The notes under the pieces: generated by a model
The model's input: only the letters and a program-made list of their open reading frames with translations
Databases searched by the model: none
What the model was told of the DNA's origin: nothing
From: an uncultured Acidobacteriota bacterium
GTDB taxonomy: Bacteria > Acidobacteriota > Vicinamibacteria > Vicinamibacterales > JAKQTR01
Direction: 5' to 3'
NCBI GenBank assembly: GCA_963813325.1
Contig: CAWEYM010000004.1
Span: 386,463 to 450,462 of the forward strand
Length of the DNA: 64,000 nucleotides
Shown: positions 35,267-44,688 of the stretch, piece by piece
Layout of the letters: each line of letters opens with the position of its first letter
How positions within the stretch are numbered: position 1 is the first letter of the stretch
Made by a program: the position numbers and the translations under genes

Positions 35267-35516
35267 CCCCGTCCCTTTGGCACGCGACGCAAGCCCGTGC
35301 GGGTCCGACAGTCCCGTGCGATTCTTCGAGGTCCCCGGCTCTCATTGTAGCCCATGGCGCCGCCCTGACCGGTATCGACCGGGCTCGCGGCGCCCCGTGG
35401 ACGGGTGGGGTGAGGCCAGCGCACGCACGGGCCCGGTGCCCGACGCGGACCTTCGCCCGGGTCGGCGGGGACGGGCGGGTTGACGAGGACGCAGCGCGGC
35501 CCGCGGGCAGACGTCG

Positions 35517-35720
35517 TCAGGACTTCCGCGTGGCCACCTTCAGCAAGCTGTAGGCGGGACAGTAGCCCACGACCCCCGTCAGCAGCGGCAGGAACCCGAA
35601 CCACTTCAGGAACGTGCCCAGGCCTCCGGCCACGGCGCCGCCCCAGCCCAGGTACAGCAGCACCACGCCGACGACGACCCGCGCAATCCGATCCCACGAT
35701 GCCTCGTTGACGAACGCCAT
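35517..35720 (-). CDS. DUF2892 (YgaP-like) small membrane protein
   Basis: 67 aa. DRIARVVVGVVLLYLGW...LPLLTGVVGYCPAYSLL is the characteristic two-helix motif. Confidence 0.75.
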   Translation of the reverse strand: MAFVNEASWDRIARVVVGVVLLYLGWGGAVAGGLGTFLKWFGFLPLLTGVVGYCPAYSLLKVATRKS

Positions 35721-35790
35721 GGCTTCTGCTCCTTGTGTGAGGGACTCTGTCCCAGTGATGCACGAAGGGCGCTGCCGGTTACCTGGGGGC

Positions 35791-36357
35791 TCAGTGGATT
35801 CCGGAACTGACCTGGAGCGCGGCGGGATCGACGCCGAGCTTCCGGATGGCGGATTCCCACATCTCGGCGGGGGGCGTGTCGAACACGATGTCGAGGGTGA
35901 CCTCGCTGATGAGCCAGGCGGACTCCGTGAGTTCGTGGTCGAGCTGCCTCGGGCCCCAGCCGGCGTATCCCATCAGCAGGCGGGCCTTCTCGACCGACGG
36001 CCCCTCGATCATCTTCCTGAGCAACTCGGCGGACGCGGAGATGAACACGCCCAGGCTCACCTCGAACGCGTCCTCCTCGAGCGGGTCCTCGGGCAGGACG
36101 ATCACGCCGCGCTGCGGCTCGACCGGGCCGCCGACCCAGACTTCGAGTCCACTGTCTCCGGACGCCGGCGGCGTGAACTCGACCACCTGGGCGGCCCGGC
36201 GCCCCGTCGGCCGGTTGAGCACGAGCCCCCACGCCCCGTCCTCGCTGTGCTCGCACAGCAGCACGACAGTCCGCGCGAAATTGGGATCGGTCAGCTGCGG
36301 CATCGACAACAGCAGCGCCGGGGCGAGCTTGGGTGGCTCGGGCGGGCGGTCAGTCAT
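35791..36357 (-). CDS. YqgE/AlgH-family protein
   Basis: LLLSMPQLTDPNFARTVVLLCEHSEDGAWGLVLNRP and GYAGWGPRQLDHEL are family hallmarks. Confidence 0.85.
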   Translation of the reverse strand: MTDRPPEPPKLAPALLLSMPQLTDPNFARTVVLLCEHSEDGAWGLVLNRPTGRRAAQVVEFTPPASGDSGLEVWVGGPVEPQRGVIVLPEDPLEEDAFEVSLGVFISASAELLRKMIEGPSVEKARLLMGYAGWGPRQLDHELTESAWLISEVTLDIVFDTPPAEMWESAIRKLGVDPAALQVSSGIH

Positions 36358-36583
36358 GCATCCCATCATACGGCGCCGGGTGCGCGGTCGCCAAGGGGCC
36401 GGGGCACGGCGGGCGGGCGGACATGCGAAGGGCGCGGCGGCGGCGGCTGCCGCGGCCCCGCCCCGGTCCAGCCTCGCGTCGACCCCGGTGGCTCAGCCGT
36501 GACGGGCGCGGTCGCCGCGAGCGCGCGGGCTGAAGCCGCCCGCGACATTCCCGGCAGGTCCTCGACTCATCTGAGCGCCGGGC

Positions 36584-38020
36584 TCAGATGTCGGTCGGCG
36601 AGAAGCCGTCGGCCGATGGATGGCGGAGGTACGTGTCGATGGCGCGCGCGGCCCGGCGCCCGGCGCCCATCGCCGAGATCACCGTCGCGCCGCCCGTCAC
36701 GATGTCGCCGCCCGCGAACACGCCCGGCTTCTGCGTGGCGCCGGTGTCGTTGTCGGCGACGATGTTCCCCCACTTGTTCACCGGCAGGTCGGGGGTCGTG
36801 TTGCGGATCAGCGGGTTGGCGCCTTGCCCGACCGCGAACACCACGGTGTCCACGTCGATGTCGAACTCGGAACCCTTGAGCGGCACGGGGCTGCGGCGGC
36901 CCGAGGCATCCGGCTCGCCGAGTTCCATGCGGATGCACCGCATCGCGCGCACCCGGGCGCGATCGTCCGCGAGGATCGCGGTCGGCGCCGCCAGCAGGGT
37001 GATCTGCACGCCCTCTTCTTCGGCGTGCTCGACCTCCTCCGCGCGCGCGGGCATCTCCTTGCGCGTCCGGCGGTAGACGAGGTACGCGTTGTCGGCGCCG
37101 AGCCGGAGCGCGGTCCGGACCGCGTCCATCGCGGTGTTGCCGCCGCCGATGACGGCCACGTTCTTGCCCTGGAAGGTCGGCGTGTCCGATTCGGGGAACC
37201 GGTACGCCTTCATCAGGTTCGACCGCGTGAGGTACTCGTTGGCCGAGAACACGCCGATGAGGTTGATCCCGGGGATCTTCGGGAAGTGGGGCAGGCCCGC
37301 GCCGGTGCCGATGAACACCGCTTCGAACCCGAGCTCGGTGAACAGCTCATCGACCGTGAACGTCTGGCCGATGACGTGGTTCACCTTGATCTCGACGCCC
37401 AGGCGCTTGAGCCCGTCGATCTCGCGCTCGACGATGCTCTTCGGCAGACGGAACTCGGGGATGCCGTACACGAGCACGCCGCCGGCCTTGTGGAGCGCCT
37501 CGAAGATCGTGACGCCGTGGCCCATCTTCGCGAGGTCGGCCGCCACGGTGAGGCCCGAGGGTCCCGAGCCGACCACCGCCACCTTGTGTCCCGTCGGGGC
37601 GGGGACCGGGCTGGCGGCGTCCGCGAACTTGAGCAGCGTCCCGTAGTCGGCCACGAACCGCTCGAGCCGTCCGATCGCCACCGGCTCGTTCTTGACGCCC
37701 AGCGTGCACTTCTGCTCGCACTGCTCTTCCTGCGGGCACACGCGGCCGCAGATGGCCGGCAGCACGTTCTTGTCCATCAGCGTGTGGTAGGCGCCCTCGA
37801 AATCCCGGTCCGCCACCTGCGTGATGAACTTCGGGATGTCGATCTCGACGGGGCAGCCCGCGATGCACGGGTTGTTCTTGCACTGGATACAGCGCTGGGC
37901 CTCGAGCACCGCCAGGTCCACCGGGTACCCGAGGGCCACTTCCTCGAAGGAGTGCGCGCGCTCGTGGGCGTCGCGCAGCGGCATCGGGATCTTCGTCTTC
38001 TGGGTGATTTTCTTCGCCAT
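36584..38020 (-). CDS. nfnB: NADH-dependent reduced-ferredoxin:NADP+ oxidoreductase large subunit (GltD/SudA-like)
   Basis: 478 aa. N-terminal Cys clusters (QRCIQCKNNPCIAGCP, ICGRVCPQEEQCEQKC). Two Rossmann motifs (VAVVGSGPSGL, VAVIGGGNTAMD). Paired with a PyrK-like subunit. Confidence 0.85.
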   Translation of the reverse strand: MAKKITQKTKIPMPLRDAHERAHSFEEVALGYPVDLAVLEAQRCIQCKNNPCIAGCPVEIDIPKFITQVADRDFEGAYHTLMDKNVLPAICGRVCPQEEQCEQKCTLGVKNEPVAIGRLERFVADYGTLLKFADAASPVPAPTGHKVAVVGSGPSGLTVAADLAKMGHGVTIFEALHKAGGVLVYGIPEFRLPKSIVEREIDGLKRLGVEIKVNHVIGQTFTVDELFTELGFEAVFIGTGAGLPHFPKIPGINLIGVFSANEYLTRSNLMKAYRFPESDTPTFQGKNVAVIGGGNTAMDAVRTALRLGADNAYLVYRRTRKEMPARAEEVEHAEEEGVQITLLAAPTAILADDRARVRAMRCIRMELGEPDASGRRSPVPLKGSEFDIDVDTVVFAVGQGANPLIRNTTPDLPVNKWGNIVADNDTGATQKPGVFAGGDIVTGGATVISAMGAGRRAARAIDTYLRHPSADGFSPTDI

Positions 38021-38051
38021 ATCCGTTCAGGCTCGCAGTCGCTCGGAATCG

Positions 38052-38903
38052 TCAGGACGACACGGCGTGGCACGCGATCCGCCGTTCCTGGTAGCGCGTC
38101 AGGGCCTCGGCCTCCTGCTCGCGGTAGGCGCGGAGCCGCGCGGCCAGTTCCTCGAAATCCACCTGGTGGCCATCGAACTCGGGCCCGTCGACGCACACGA
38201 ACTTCTGCTCGCCGCCGACCGACACGCGGCAGCCGCCGCACATTCCGGTGCCGTCCACCATGACCGGGTTCAGGCTCACCGTCGTCGGCAGCCCGAGGGC
38301 GCGCGTGACATCGCAGACCGCGCGCATCATGGGCAGCGGGCCGACCGCGACGACCTCGTCGAACGTGTGGCCCGCGGCCAGCAGGTTCTTGAGCGCGTCG
38401 GTGACCAGGCCGTGATCGCCGTACGACCCGTCGTCGGTGGTGACCACGACGTGATCCGCGACCGCCCGGAGCTCGGCCTCGAGGATGATGAGGTCCCTGG
38501 TGCGGGCGCCGATGATCGCCGTCACGCGTCCCTGGAGGGCCTTCACGCCGCACGCGATCGGGTAGACCACCGCGGTGCCGATGCCGCCGCCGATGCAGCA
38601 GACCGAGCGGCCCGGGTGAATCTCGGTCGGCTTGCCGAGCGGACCGGCAACATCGAGGATGCTGTCGCCGACGTTCAGGCTGTTGAGTTGCTTCGTGCTC
38701 TTGCCGACGCCCTGCACCACGAGCGCGATCGCGCCGCGTTGCTTGTCGACGTCCGCGATTGTCAACGGAATGCGTTCGCCCTCGTCGTGGATGCGGATGA
38801 TGACGAACTGTCCGGGCTTGCGCTTGCGCGCGATGTGGGCGCCCTCGACCCAGAAACGCACCACGTCGGGGGCGAGAACCTCTTTGTCTAGAATCCGATG
38901 CAC
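38052..38903 (-). CDS. nfnA: Nfn small subunit (PyrK/SudB-like FAD/[2Fe-2S] protein)
   Basis: GTG 38903 with GGAGAGG RBS. FAD-binding RIPLTIAD. NAD-binding CIGGGIGTAVVYP. C-terminal GTGMCGGCRV...FVCVDGPEF cluster motif. Confidence 0.8.
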   Translation of the reverse strand: MHRILDKEVLAPDVVRFWVEGAHIARKRKPGQFVIIRIHDEGERIPLTIADVDKQRGAIALVVQGVGKSTKQLNSLNVGDSILDVAGPLGKPTEIHPGRSVCCIGGGIGTAVVYPIACGVKALQGRVTAIIGARTRDLIILEAELRAVADHVVVTTDDGSYGDHGLVTDALKNLLAAGHTFDEVVAVGPLPMMRAVCDVTRALGLPTTVSLNPVMVDGTGMCGGCRVSVGGEQKFVCVDGPEFDGHQVDFEELAARLRAYREQEAEALTRYQERRIACHAVSS

Positions 38904-39187
38904 GACATTCCTCTCCGGTTTTGGGGAGAACCGCCGATGGGTGCCGAGAACCTGGCAGTCCGGCTGGATCAGACCCAACTCCAGCAAAGCTGATACCAGT
39001 GTAACCGACCGGGCCGAGTCCGGGAAACCCGCACGGTTCTGGTCGGATGTTCCAAGCCGCAGCCGGCAGCGCGCGCGCGTGGCCGCCCGCGGCCTGGCGC
39101 TCCGGGGCCTCTCGCCCCCCCGACCACGCTGCGTGACGGGATTCCGTCACGCCGTCTGCGCTAACATGCGCCTCCGGACTCGTCCTG

Positions 39188-39940
39188 ATGGCGAACTCGA
39201 CTGCATTTCCCGGACTGGCCACCGTCGTGGCGTGGGCGCGCTCCCTCGCCGCGTATGTCTTCCTGGGTGTCTACCTGGCGGTCGTCGGCCCGCCCGCGCT
39301 GCTGCTGACGGCCTTGACCGGTCGCGCGACCCACATCTTCACCCTCGGCATCTTCGGCGCCCGGACCGCCCGGCGGATCCTAGGCGTGCACTACACGATT
39401 GAAGGCGCCGAGCACGTCCGCGGCGATCGGCCCACGGTGTACTGCATCAACCACCAGAGCAACGTCGACGTGCTGGCCTTCGAGATCCTGTACCCGCTCT
39501 GCCCGAACCTCCGCGTCATGTACAAGGCCGAGATGGGCAGGGTGCCCATCCTGGGGCGAGCCATGAGGGCGGCCGGGTTCGTGCCCGTCGAGCGGCAGCA
39601 CCGCGAGCGCGCGATCGGCGCGGTCGACGCGGCCGCGGCCCGGCTGATGGCGGGGGACTCCTTCCTCCTGGCCCCGGAGGGGACCCGGAGCCAGACCGGG
39701 AATCTCCTGCCGTTCAAGAAAGGCGGGTTCGTGATGGCGATCAAAGCGCAGGTGCCCGTGGTGCCGATCGCGCTCGTCGGTACCCGGGATGCCATGCCCA
39801 AGGGGCGCGCGCTCGTGAGGCCCACTCAGGTGACGGTGCGGATCGGCGCGCCCATCGACACCCGCGGCCTCACCTTCGAGGACCGGGACGCCCTCGCGAC
39901 ACGCGTGCGCGACGTGCTCGGCCGCCTGTTGACGATGTGA
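39188..39940 (+). CDS. plsC: 1-acyl-sn-glycerol-3-phosphate acyltransferase
   Basis: N-terminal TM helix. HX4D motif (NHQSNVDV), FVPVER, LAPEGTRS and VPVVPIAL blocks. Confidence 0.85.
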   Translation: MANSTAFPGLATVVAWARSLAAYVFLGVYLAVVGPPALLLTALTGRATHIFTLGIFGARTARRILGVHYTIEGAEHVRGDRPTVYCINHQSNVDVLAFEILYPLCPNLRVMYKAEMGRVPILGRAMRAAGFVPVERQHRERAIGAVDAAAARLMAGDSFLLAPEGTRSQTGNLLPFKKGGFVMAIKAQVPVVPIALVGTRDAMPKGRALVRPTQVTVRIGAPIDTRGLTFEDRDALATRVRDVLGRLLTM

Positions 39941-39946
39941 CCCGAT

Positions 39947-40300
39947 CTAGCGGTTGCCGAAGTTGTCGGGCGGTTCGCCATCCACGACGTCGGGCCCGCC
40001 CGCGGCTTCGTCGGGGAGCTTCCCGTCGGGCAGGAACACGAGCGACTGGTGCGTCGGGACTTCGAACCGCCGGCGGCAGGTGCCGCACACGATCACGTCG
40101 TCGGTGCGGATCATGTAGCTGCGCAGCTTGGGGAACATCGCGCGATCGCGGTCGTCGGCGCCGGGCGGGATCCGGTCCTTCTTGATGCGCCTGATCCACC
40201 GGACCTGGTACTCGTTGCGCCGCTTGCAGTGCGGGCACGTGTAGGACGCCGGCTTGGTTTCGGGTTTCTCGTGGTAGAAGTCCCGCTCGTTCAGCCCCAT
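39947..40300 (-). CDS. Hypothetical zinc-ribbon protein
   Basis: 117 aa. CPHC...x49...CGTC pairs. Unusually Lys/Arg/Asp-rich compared with neighbouring genes. No family recognised. Confidence 0.55.
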   Translation of the reverse strand: MGLNERDFYHEKPETKPASYTCPHCKRRNEYQVRWIRRIKKDRIPPGADDRDRAMFPKLRSYMIRTDDVIVCGTCRRRFEVPTHQSLVFLPDGKLPDEAAGGPDVVDGEPPDNFGNR

Positions 40301-40407
40301 GCCGCTATGATAGCGCAGTCTGGCGCGGCGCCGGTCCGGTCCGCGGCGTCACCGGGGCGATCCGCGGAGGGGGCGACCCCGCGCCGCACCGGTTTCCGGG
40401 AGGCACG

Positions 40408-41319
40408 ATGCTGCGAATCGGGATCGATCTCGGTGGCACCAAGATCGAGGCGGTGGCGATGGACGAGGGGGGGCGGGTCCTGGCCCGCCGGCGGGTGCCG
40501 ACGCCCCGCGACGACTACGACGGCACGCTGAACACCGTGGCGGGACTGGTGGACTCGCTCGAACGCGAGGCCGGGGGGCCCGCGCGCGTGGGGGTGGGGA
40601 TGCCCGGCGCGGTGTCGCCCGTGACGGGGCTGGTCAAGAACGCGAACTCCGTCTGGCTCAACGGGCGGGCGCTCGAGGAGGATCTCGGGCGGCGTCTCGA
40701 ACGCCCGCTCCGGCTGGCGAACGACGCGAACTGCTTCGCCTTGTCGGAAGCGACCGACGGGGCTGCCGCCGGCGCCGGAGTGGTGTTCGGCGTGATTCTC
40801 GGGACGGGCGCCGGGGGCGGGCTGGTGGTGCGGGGCCGCGTGTGGACCGGGCCCAACGCCGTGGCGGGGGAGTGGGGCCACAACCCGCTGCCGTGGCCGC
40901 GCGACACGGAACTGCCAGGCCCGCCGTGCTACTGCGGCCACCGCGGGTGCATCGAGACGTGGGTCTCGGGACCGGCGCTGGAGCGAGACCACGCCGAGCA
41001 GGCGGGCGAGCGCCTGGCTCCGGCGGAGATCGTCGCGCTGGCGGAAGTCCTGGAGCCGCGCGCCTCGGCGAGCCTTGAACGCTACGAGGAGCGGCTGGCG
41101 CGGGCCCTGGCGAGCGTGATCAACATCGTCGATCCCGACGTGATTGTCCTGGGCGGCGGCCTGTCGAACGTCACCCGGCTCTATGCCAACGTCCCCGAGC
41201 GCTGGTCGCGCTGGGTGTTCTCGGATTCTGTCGACACGCGGCTGGTGCCGCCGCGGCACGGCGACGCGAGCGGCGTGCGCGGGGCGGCCTGGTTGTGGCG
41301 GCCCGGAGACGCCTGCTGA
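40408..41319 (+). CDS. ROK-family sugar kinase (NagK/Mak-like)
   Basis: IGIDLGGTKIE ATP motif, ANDANCFALSE, and ROK zinc motif CYCGHRGCIETWVSG. GGGAGG RBS. Confidence 0.85.
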   Translation: MLRIGIDLGGTKIEAVAMDEGGRVLARRRVPTPRDDYDGTLNTVAGLVDSLEREAGGPARVGVGMPGAVSPVTGLVKNANSVWLNGRALEEDLGRRLERPLRLANDANCFALSEATDGAAAGAGVVFGVILGTGAGGGLVVRGRVWTGPNAVAGEWGHNPLPWPRDTELPGPPCYCGHRGCIETWVSGPALERDHAEQAGERLAPAEIVALAEVLEPRASASLERYEERLARALASVINIVDPDVIVLGGGLSNVTRLYANVPERWSRWVFSDSVDTRLVPPRHGDASGVRGAAWLWRPGDAC

Positions 41320-41461
41320 GCCCGCCGCACATCGGCCACGGCCCATCGGCCCGGAATCTGTTATGCTCACCAATTGTGTCGGCCGGCCCCGAGCGGCAAG
41401 GGGCCGCCTCATCCCGCCCCGTGGGGGCGCGGCGTCCATTTCACTCATCTGAAGGCACGTA

Positions 41462-43249
41462 ATGAACAGTGATCTCATCATCGGTATGGCCGGCTCGGGC
41501 GGCGACGGGATCGTGTCCGCGGGCGAATCCCTGCTGACGGCGGCGGCGCTCGAGGGCTACCACGGGGTCATGACCAAGAGCTTCGGCCCGCAGATTCGTG
41601 GCGGCGAGTCGAGCTTCCGGTTGCGGATCTCGACGGGCAAGGTGCTGAGTTCGGGCGGGGCGCTCGACATCGCGGTGGCGCTGAACTGGGAGGACTACCT
41701 GAAGTTCGGCGGCGAGCTCGGCGTGGGGGGCCACACGACGGTCATCTACGACAGCAACACCGGCGTGGCGCCCGACAAGATCCCGCTCGTGGGCGTGACG
41801 CCCGCCGAGGTCCTGGCCGTGCCCATCGAGCAGATTGCCAGGGATGCGGGCGGGACCGACCGCGCGAAGAACACGGTCGTGCTCGGCCTGATGGCCGGCT
41901 GGATCGGCATCGGCCGTGAGCACATGGTCGCCGGCATCCGCAAGCGCCTCTCGAAGAAGGGCGAGGAGGTGGTCGGCCAGGCCGTGAAGGCGTTCGAAGC
42001 GGGCATCGCGTATGCCGAGGCGCATCCCCTCAAGGTGTCCCGCACCATGGTGGGCCAGGAGGGCACGCGCACGGCGAAGTTCATCGTGGATGGCAACGAC
42101 CTGTGCGCGGCGGCGGCGATCGTGGCGGGGTGCGACTTCTTCGGAGGCTACCCGATCACGCCGTCGTCGGAGATCATGCACTTCCTCGCCCGGGAAATCT
42201 GGAAGTACGGCGGCACCCTGATGCAGGCGGAGGACGAGATCGCCGGAATCGGCGCGGTCGTCGGCGCGTCGTTCGCGGGCAAGAAGGCCATGACCGCGAC
42301 CTCCGGCCCGGGCATGTCGCTCAAGACCGAGATGCTCGGCCTGGCGACCATCGCCGAGCTGCCGCTGGTGTGCGTCAACGTCCAGCGCGGCGGCCCGTCC
42401 ACCGGCATCCCGACCAAGGGCGAACAGTCGGACCTCTTCCAGGCCGCGTTCTCGGCGCACGGCGACGTGGTGCGCCCCGTGCTCGCGCCGATCAGCGCCG
42501 AGGACACCTTCCCGGTGACCGTGGAGGCGTTCAACATCGCGGAGACCTACCAGACCCCGGTGATCATCCTCTCCGACCAGGAGATCGCGCAGCGCAAGGA
42601 GACGATGGATCCGATCGATCCGACCGGCATCCCGATCGTCGAGCGCCGGCGCCCGACCGAGAAGGAACTGGAGCACTACGTCAGGTTCCGGTTCACCGAG
42701 TCGGGCATCAGCCCGATCAGCCAGCCCGGCATGAAGGGCGGCAACTACCTGGCGTCGGGGATCGAGCACAACGAGGTGGGCGCGCCGACGGCGAACGGCG
42801 AGGTGCACGCGAGGATGAACGAGAAGCGGATCAAGAAGTTCCTGCCGCTCAAGATGCGCCGCGACCTCTTCATCCAGGAGGGCAGTCCCGATGCGCCCGT
42901 GGGGCTGATCAGCTGGGGCAGCATGGCCGGCGTGGCGCTCGAGGCGCTGCACATGGCGCAGCAGCAGGGCATCAAGGTGAAGCTGCTGGTGCCGCGGCTG
43001 CTGTTCCCGGTGTCCGAGGAGACGTACCAGGAGTTCTTCGCGTCGATTCAGCGCGGCCTGGTCGTGGAGCAGAACCACCTGAGCCAGCTCTACCGGCTGA
43101 TCCGGATGTACGTGGACGTCCCGCGCGGCGTCGAAACGCTGGCCAAGAGCGGGTCGAACCCGATCACCCCGGCCGAAGTGGTCGACCGGCTGCGGCACCT
43201 GATGCTGGCGCTCCAGCGCGAGAAGGGCCGCGAGCCGATGCTCGGCTGA
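41462..43249 (+). CDS. korA: 2-oxoacid:ferredoxin oxidoreductase alpha subunit (fused gamma-alpha, KorA/OorA type)
   Basis: 595 aa. N-terminal gamma-like domain (GSGGDGIVSAGESLL...FGPQIRGGES). The alpha domain follows (GNDLCAAAAIVAGCDFFGGYPITPSSEI, TSGPGMSL). Confidence 0.9.
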   Translation: MNSDLIIGMAGSGGDGIVSAGESLLTAAALEGYHGVMTKSFGPQIRGGESSFRLRISTGKVLSSGGALDIAVALNWEDYLKFGGELGVGGHTTVIYDSNTGVAPDKIPLVGVTPAEVLAVPIEQIARDAGGTDRAKNTVVLGLMAGWIGIGREHMVAGIRKRLSKKGEEVVGQAVKAFEAGIAYAEAHPLKVSRTMVGQEGTRTAKFIVDGNDLCAAAAIVAGCDFFGGYPITPSSEIMHFLAREIWKYGGTLMQAEDEIAGIGAVVGASFAGKKAMTATSGPGMSLKTEMLGLATIAELPLVCVNVQRGGPSTGIPTKGEQSDLFQAAFSAHGDVVRPVLAPISAEDTFPVTVEAFNIAETYQTPVIILSDQEIAQRKETMDPIDPTGIPIVERRRPTEKELEHYVRFRFTESGISPISQPGMKGGNYLASGIEHNEVGAPTANGEVHARMNEKRIKKFLPLKMRRDLFIQEGSPDAPVGLISWGSMAGVALEALHMAQQQGIKVKLLVPRLLFPVSEETYQEFFASIQRGLVVEQNHLSQLYRLIRMYVDVPRGVETLAKSGSNPITPAEVVDRLRHLMLALQREKGREPMLG

Positions 43250-43290
43250 GGGGTTTCCGTCTGAGCGGTGAGAGAGAGGATTCGGATCTC

Positions 43291-44184
43291 ATGAGCACTG
43301 TGACCACTCGACCCATGGAAGAATTCGTGGCGAAGGACTACAAGAGCGATCTCAAGCCCATCTGGTGCCCGGGCTGCGGGGACTTCGGCGTCGTGCAAGC
43401 CATCTACCGCGCGCTCGCGGGCGTCGGCCGGCCGCCCCACGAGATCGCGTTCATCTCCGGGATCGGCTGCTCCAGCCGCATTCCCGGCTACACGACGGCC
43501 TACGGCTTCAACACCGTGCACGGCCGCGCGCTGCCCATCGCGCAGGGCATCAAGCTCGCCAACCCGGACCTGCTCGTGCTCGCGGCGGGCGGCGACGGGG
43601 ACGGGTTCTCGATCGGCGGCGGCCACGTGGCGCATGCCATCCGCCGCAACATCGACATCACCTACATCGTGATGGACAACCAGATCTATGGGCTGACCAA
43701 GGGACAGTTGTCGCCGACGTCGGCCCGGGGCCGGGCGACGGTCTCGTCGGCCCACGGGTCGCTGGAGTCGCCGGTCAACCCGCTGCTCTACGTGCTGGCG
43801 TACGGCGCGGGTTTCGTCGCGCAGGGCACGCCGGCCGACATGGCGGGCCTGGCGGCCGTGATCGAAGAGGGGATTCGGTTCCCGGGCTTCGCCTTCATCA
43901 ACGTGCAGTCGCCGTGCGTGACCTACGGGCTGGCCGAGCAGCAGCTCAAGGCGCAGAAGTCCACGATGCAGCCGCTCGCCGCGCAGGGCCACGACGCGTC
44001 GAATCGCCTGGCGGCGATGGGCCTGGCCCAGGAGTACGGCACGAAGCTCTATACCGGCGTGTTCTACCGCGATCCCGATCCGGGCCCCACGTTCGAGGCC
44101 GCGGCGAAGCAGCGCCACCAGGCGCTGGCCGATCCCGCGCGCACCCGGGCGAAGGTGCTCGACGCGTTCCGCGTGAAGGGCTGA
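43291..44184 (+). CDS. korB: 2-oxoacid:ferredoxin oxidoreductase beta subunit (ThDP-binding)
   Basis: WCPGCGDFG, ISGIGCSSR and GGDGDGFSIGGGH..MDNQIYGLTKGQ motifs. ATG 43291 lies inside the longer track ORF. Confidence 0.9.
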   Translation: MSTVTTRPMEEFVAKDYKSDLKPIWCPGCGDFGVVQAIYRALAGVGRPPHEIAFISGIGCSSRIPGYTTAYGFNTVHGRALPIAQGIKLANPDLLVLAAGGDGDGFSIGGGHVAHAIRRNIDITYIVMDNQIYGLTKGQLSPTSARGRATVSSAHGSLESPVNPLLYVLAYGAGFVAQGTPADMAGLAAVIEEGIRFPGFAFINVQSPCVTYGLAEQQLKAQKSTMQPLAAQGHDASNRLAAMGLAQEYGTKLYTGVFYRDPDPGPTFEAAAKQRHQALADPARTRAKVLDAFRVKG

Positions 44185-44218
44185 GGCCCGGCCGCGATCC
44201 GCGGCTGACAACTGCCAA

Positions 44219-44254
44219 CGGGAGCCGGTCGTCCGGCTCCCGTTTCCCTTGTTT
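44219..44254 (+). terminator. Hairpin terminator between convergent korB and a membrane-protein gene
   Basis: Perfect 10-bp stem CGGGAGCCGG / CCGGCTCCCG with a TCGT loop, followed by TTTCCCTTGTTT (an interrupted T tract). Confidence 0.6.
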
Positions 44255-44688
44255 CAGTCCATCATGACCCGCCGGTAGACCAGCGAGTAGTGCCGGACAC
44301 GGCGCGGCGCGTGGGCGCTCACGGACGCGATCGCGACGACCACCAGCAGGATCGGCACCCGACAGGCCCAGGCGAAGGGGATCACGCAGAGCAGGGCGAG
44401 CTTCACGTAGACCGCCAGCGCGCACACCTGGTGCGCCCAGTGCGCGCTCGGGTAGACCTCGATCGCGATGAGCATCGCGCCCGTGCCAATGGCGACCCAG
44501 AGCAAGGGCCACAGTGTGCCGGCAGCGATGCCGAAGACGTGGCCGCCCAGCAGGATACCCGTGGCCCCGATGTGCACGGTGCGCGCCGCGATGTTCCACC
44601 AGCGCGAGTACGGAAGACGCCGGCGGGGTTCCGGGAACAGCAGGGCGGAGAGGCCCCGCGGTCCGGGCATGGACGGTGCATCGCTCAT
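44254..44688 (-). CDS. Hypothetical polytopic membrane protein
   Basis: 144 aa with about 4 hydrophobic helices. AAGGAG RBS. A perfect TATAAT on the minus strand at 44747-44742. No family recognised. Confidence 0.55.
   Translation of the reverse strand: MSDAPSMPGPRGLSALLFPEPRRRLPYSRWWNIAARTVHIGATGILLGGHVFGIAAGTLWPLLWVAIGTGAMLIAIEVYPSAHWAHQVCALAVYVKLALLCVIPFAWACRVPILLVVVAIASVSAHAPRRVRHYSLVYRRVMMD

Noticed and set aside
35278-35293. A sigma-54-like TGGCAC...GCAAG sequence near the ispH start.
   Set aside because: The GG-to-GC spacing is 8 nt, not the required 10. It lies on the plus strand and points away from ispH, with no downstream plus-strand gene.
39000-39005. A TGTAAC half-site about 97 nt upstream of nfnA. 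It might link nfnA to the nifJ palindrome as a shared regulon.
   Set aside because: There is only a single hexamer with no partner half-site. An AT-rich 6-mer is expected several times by chance in 64 kb.
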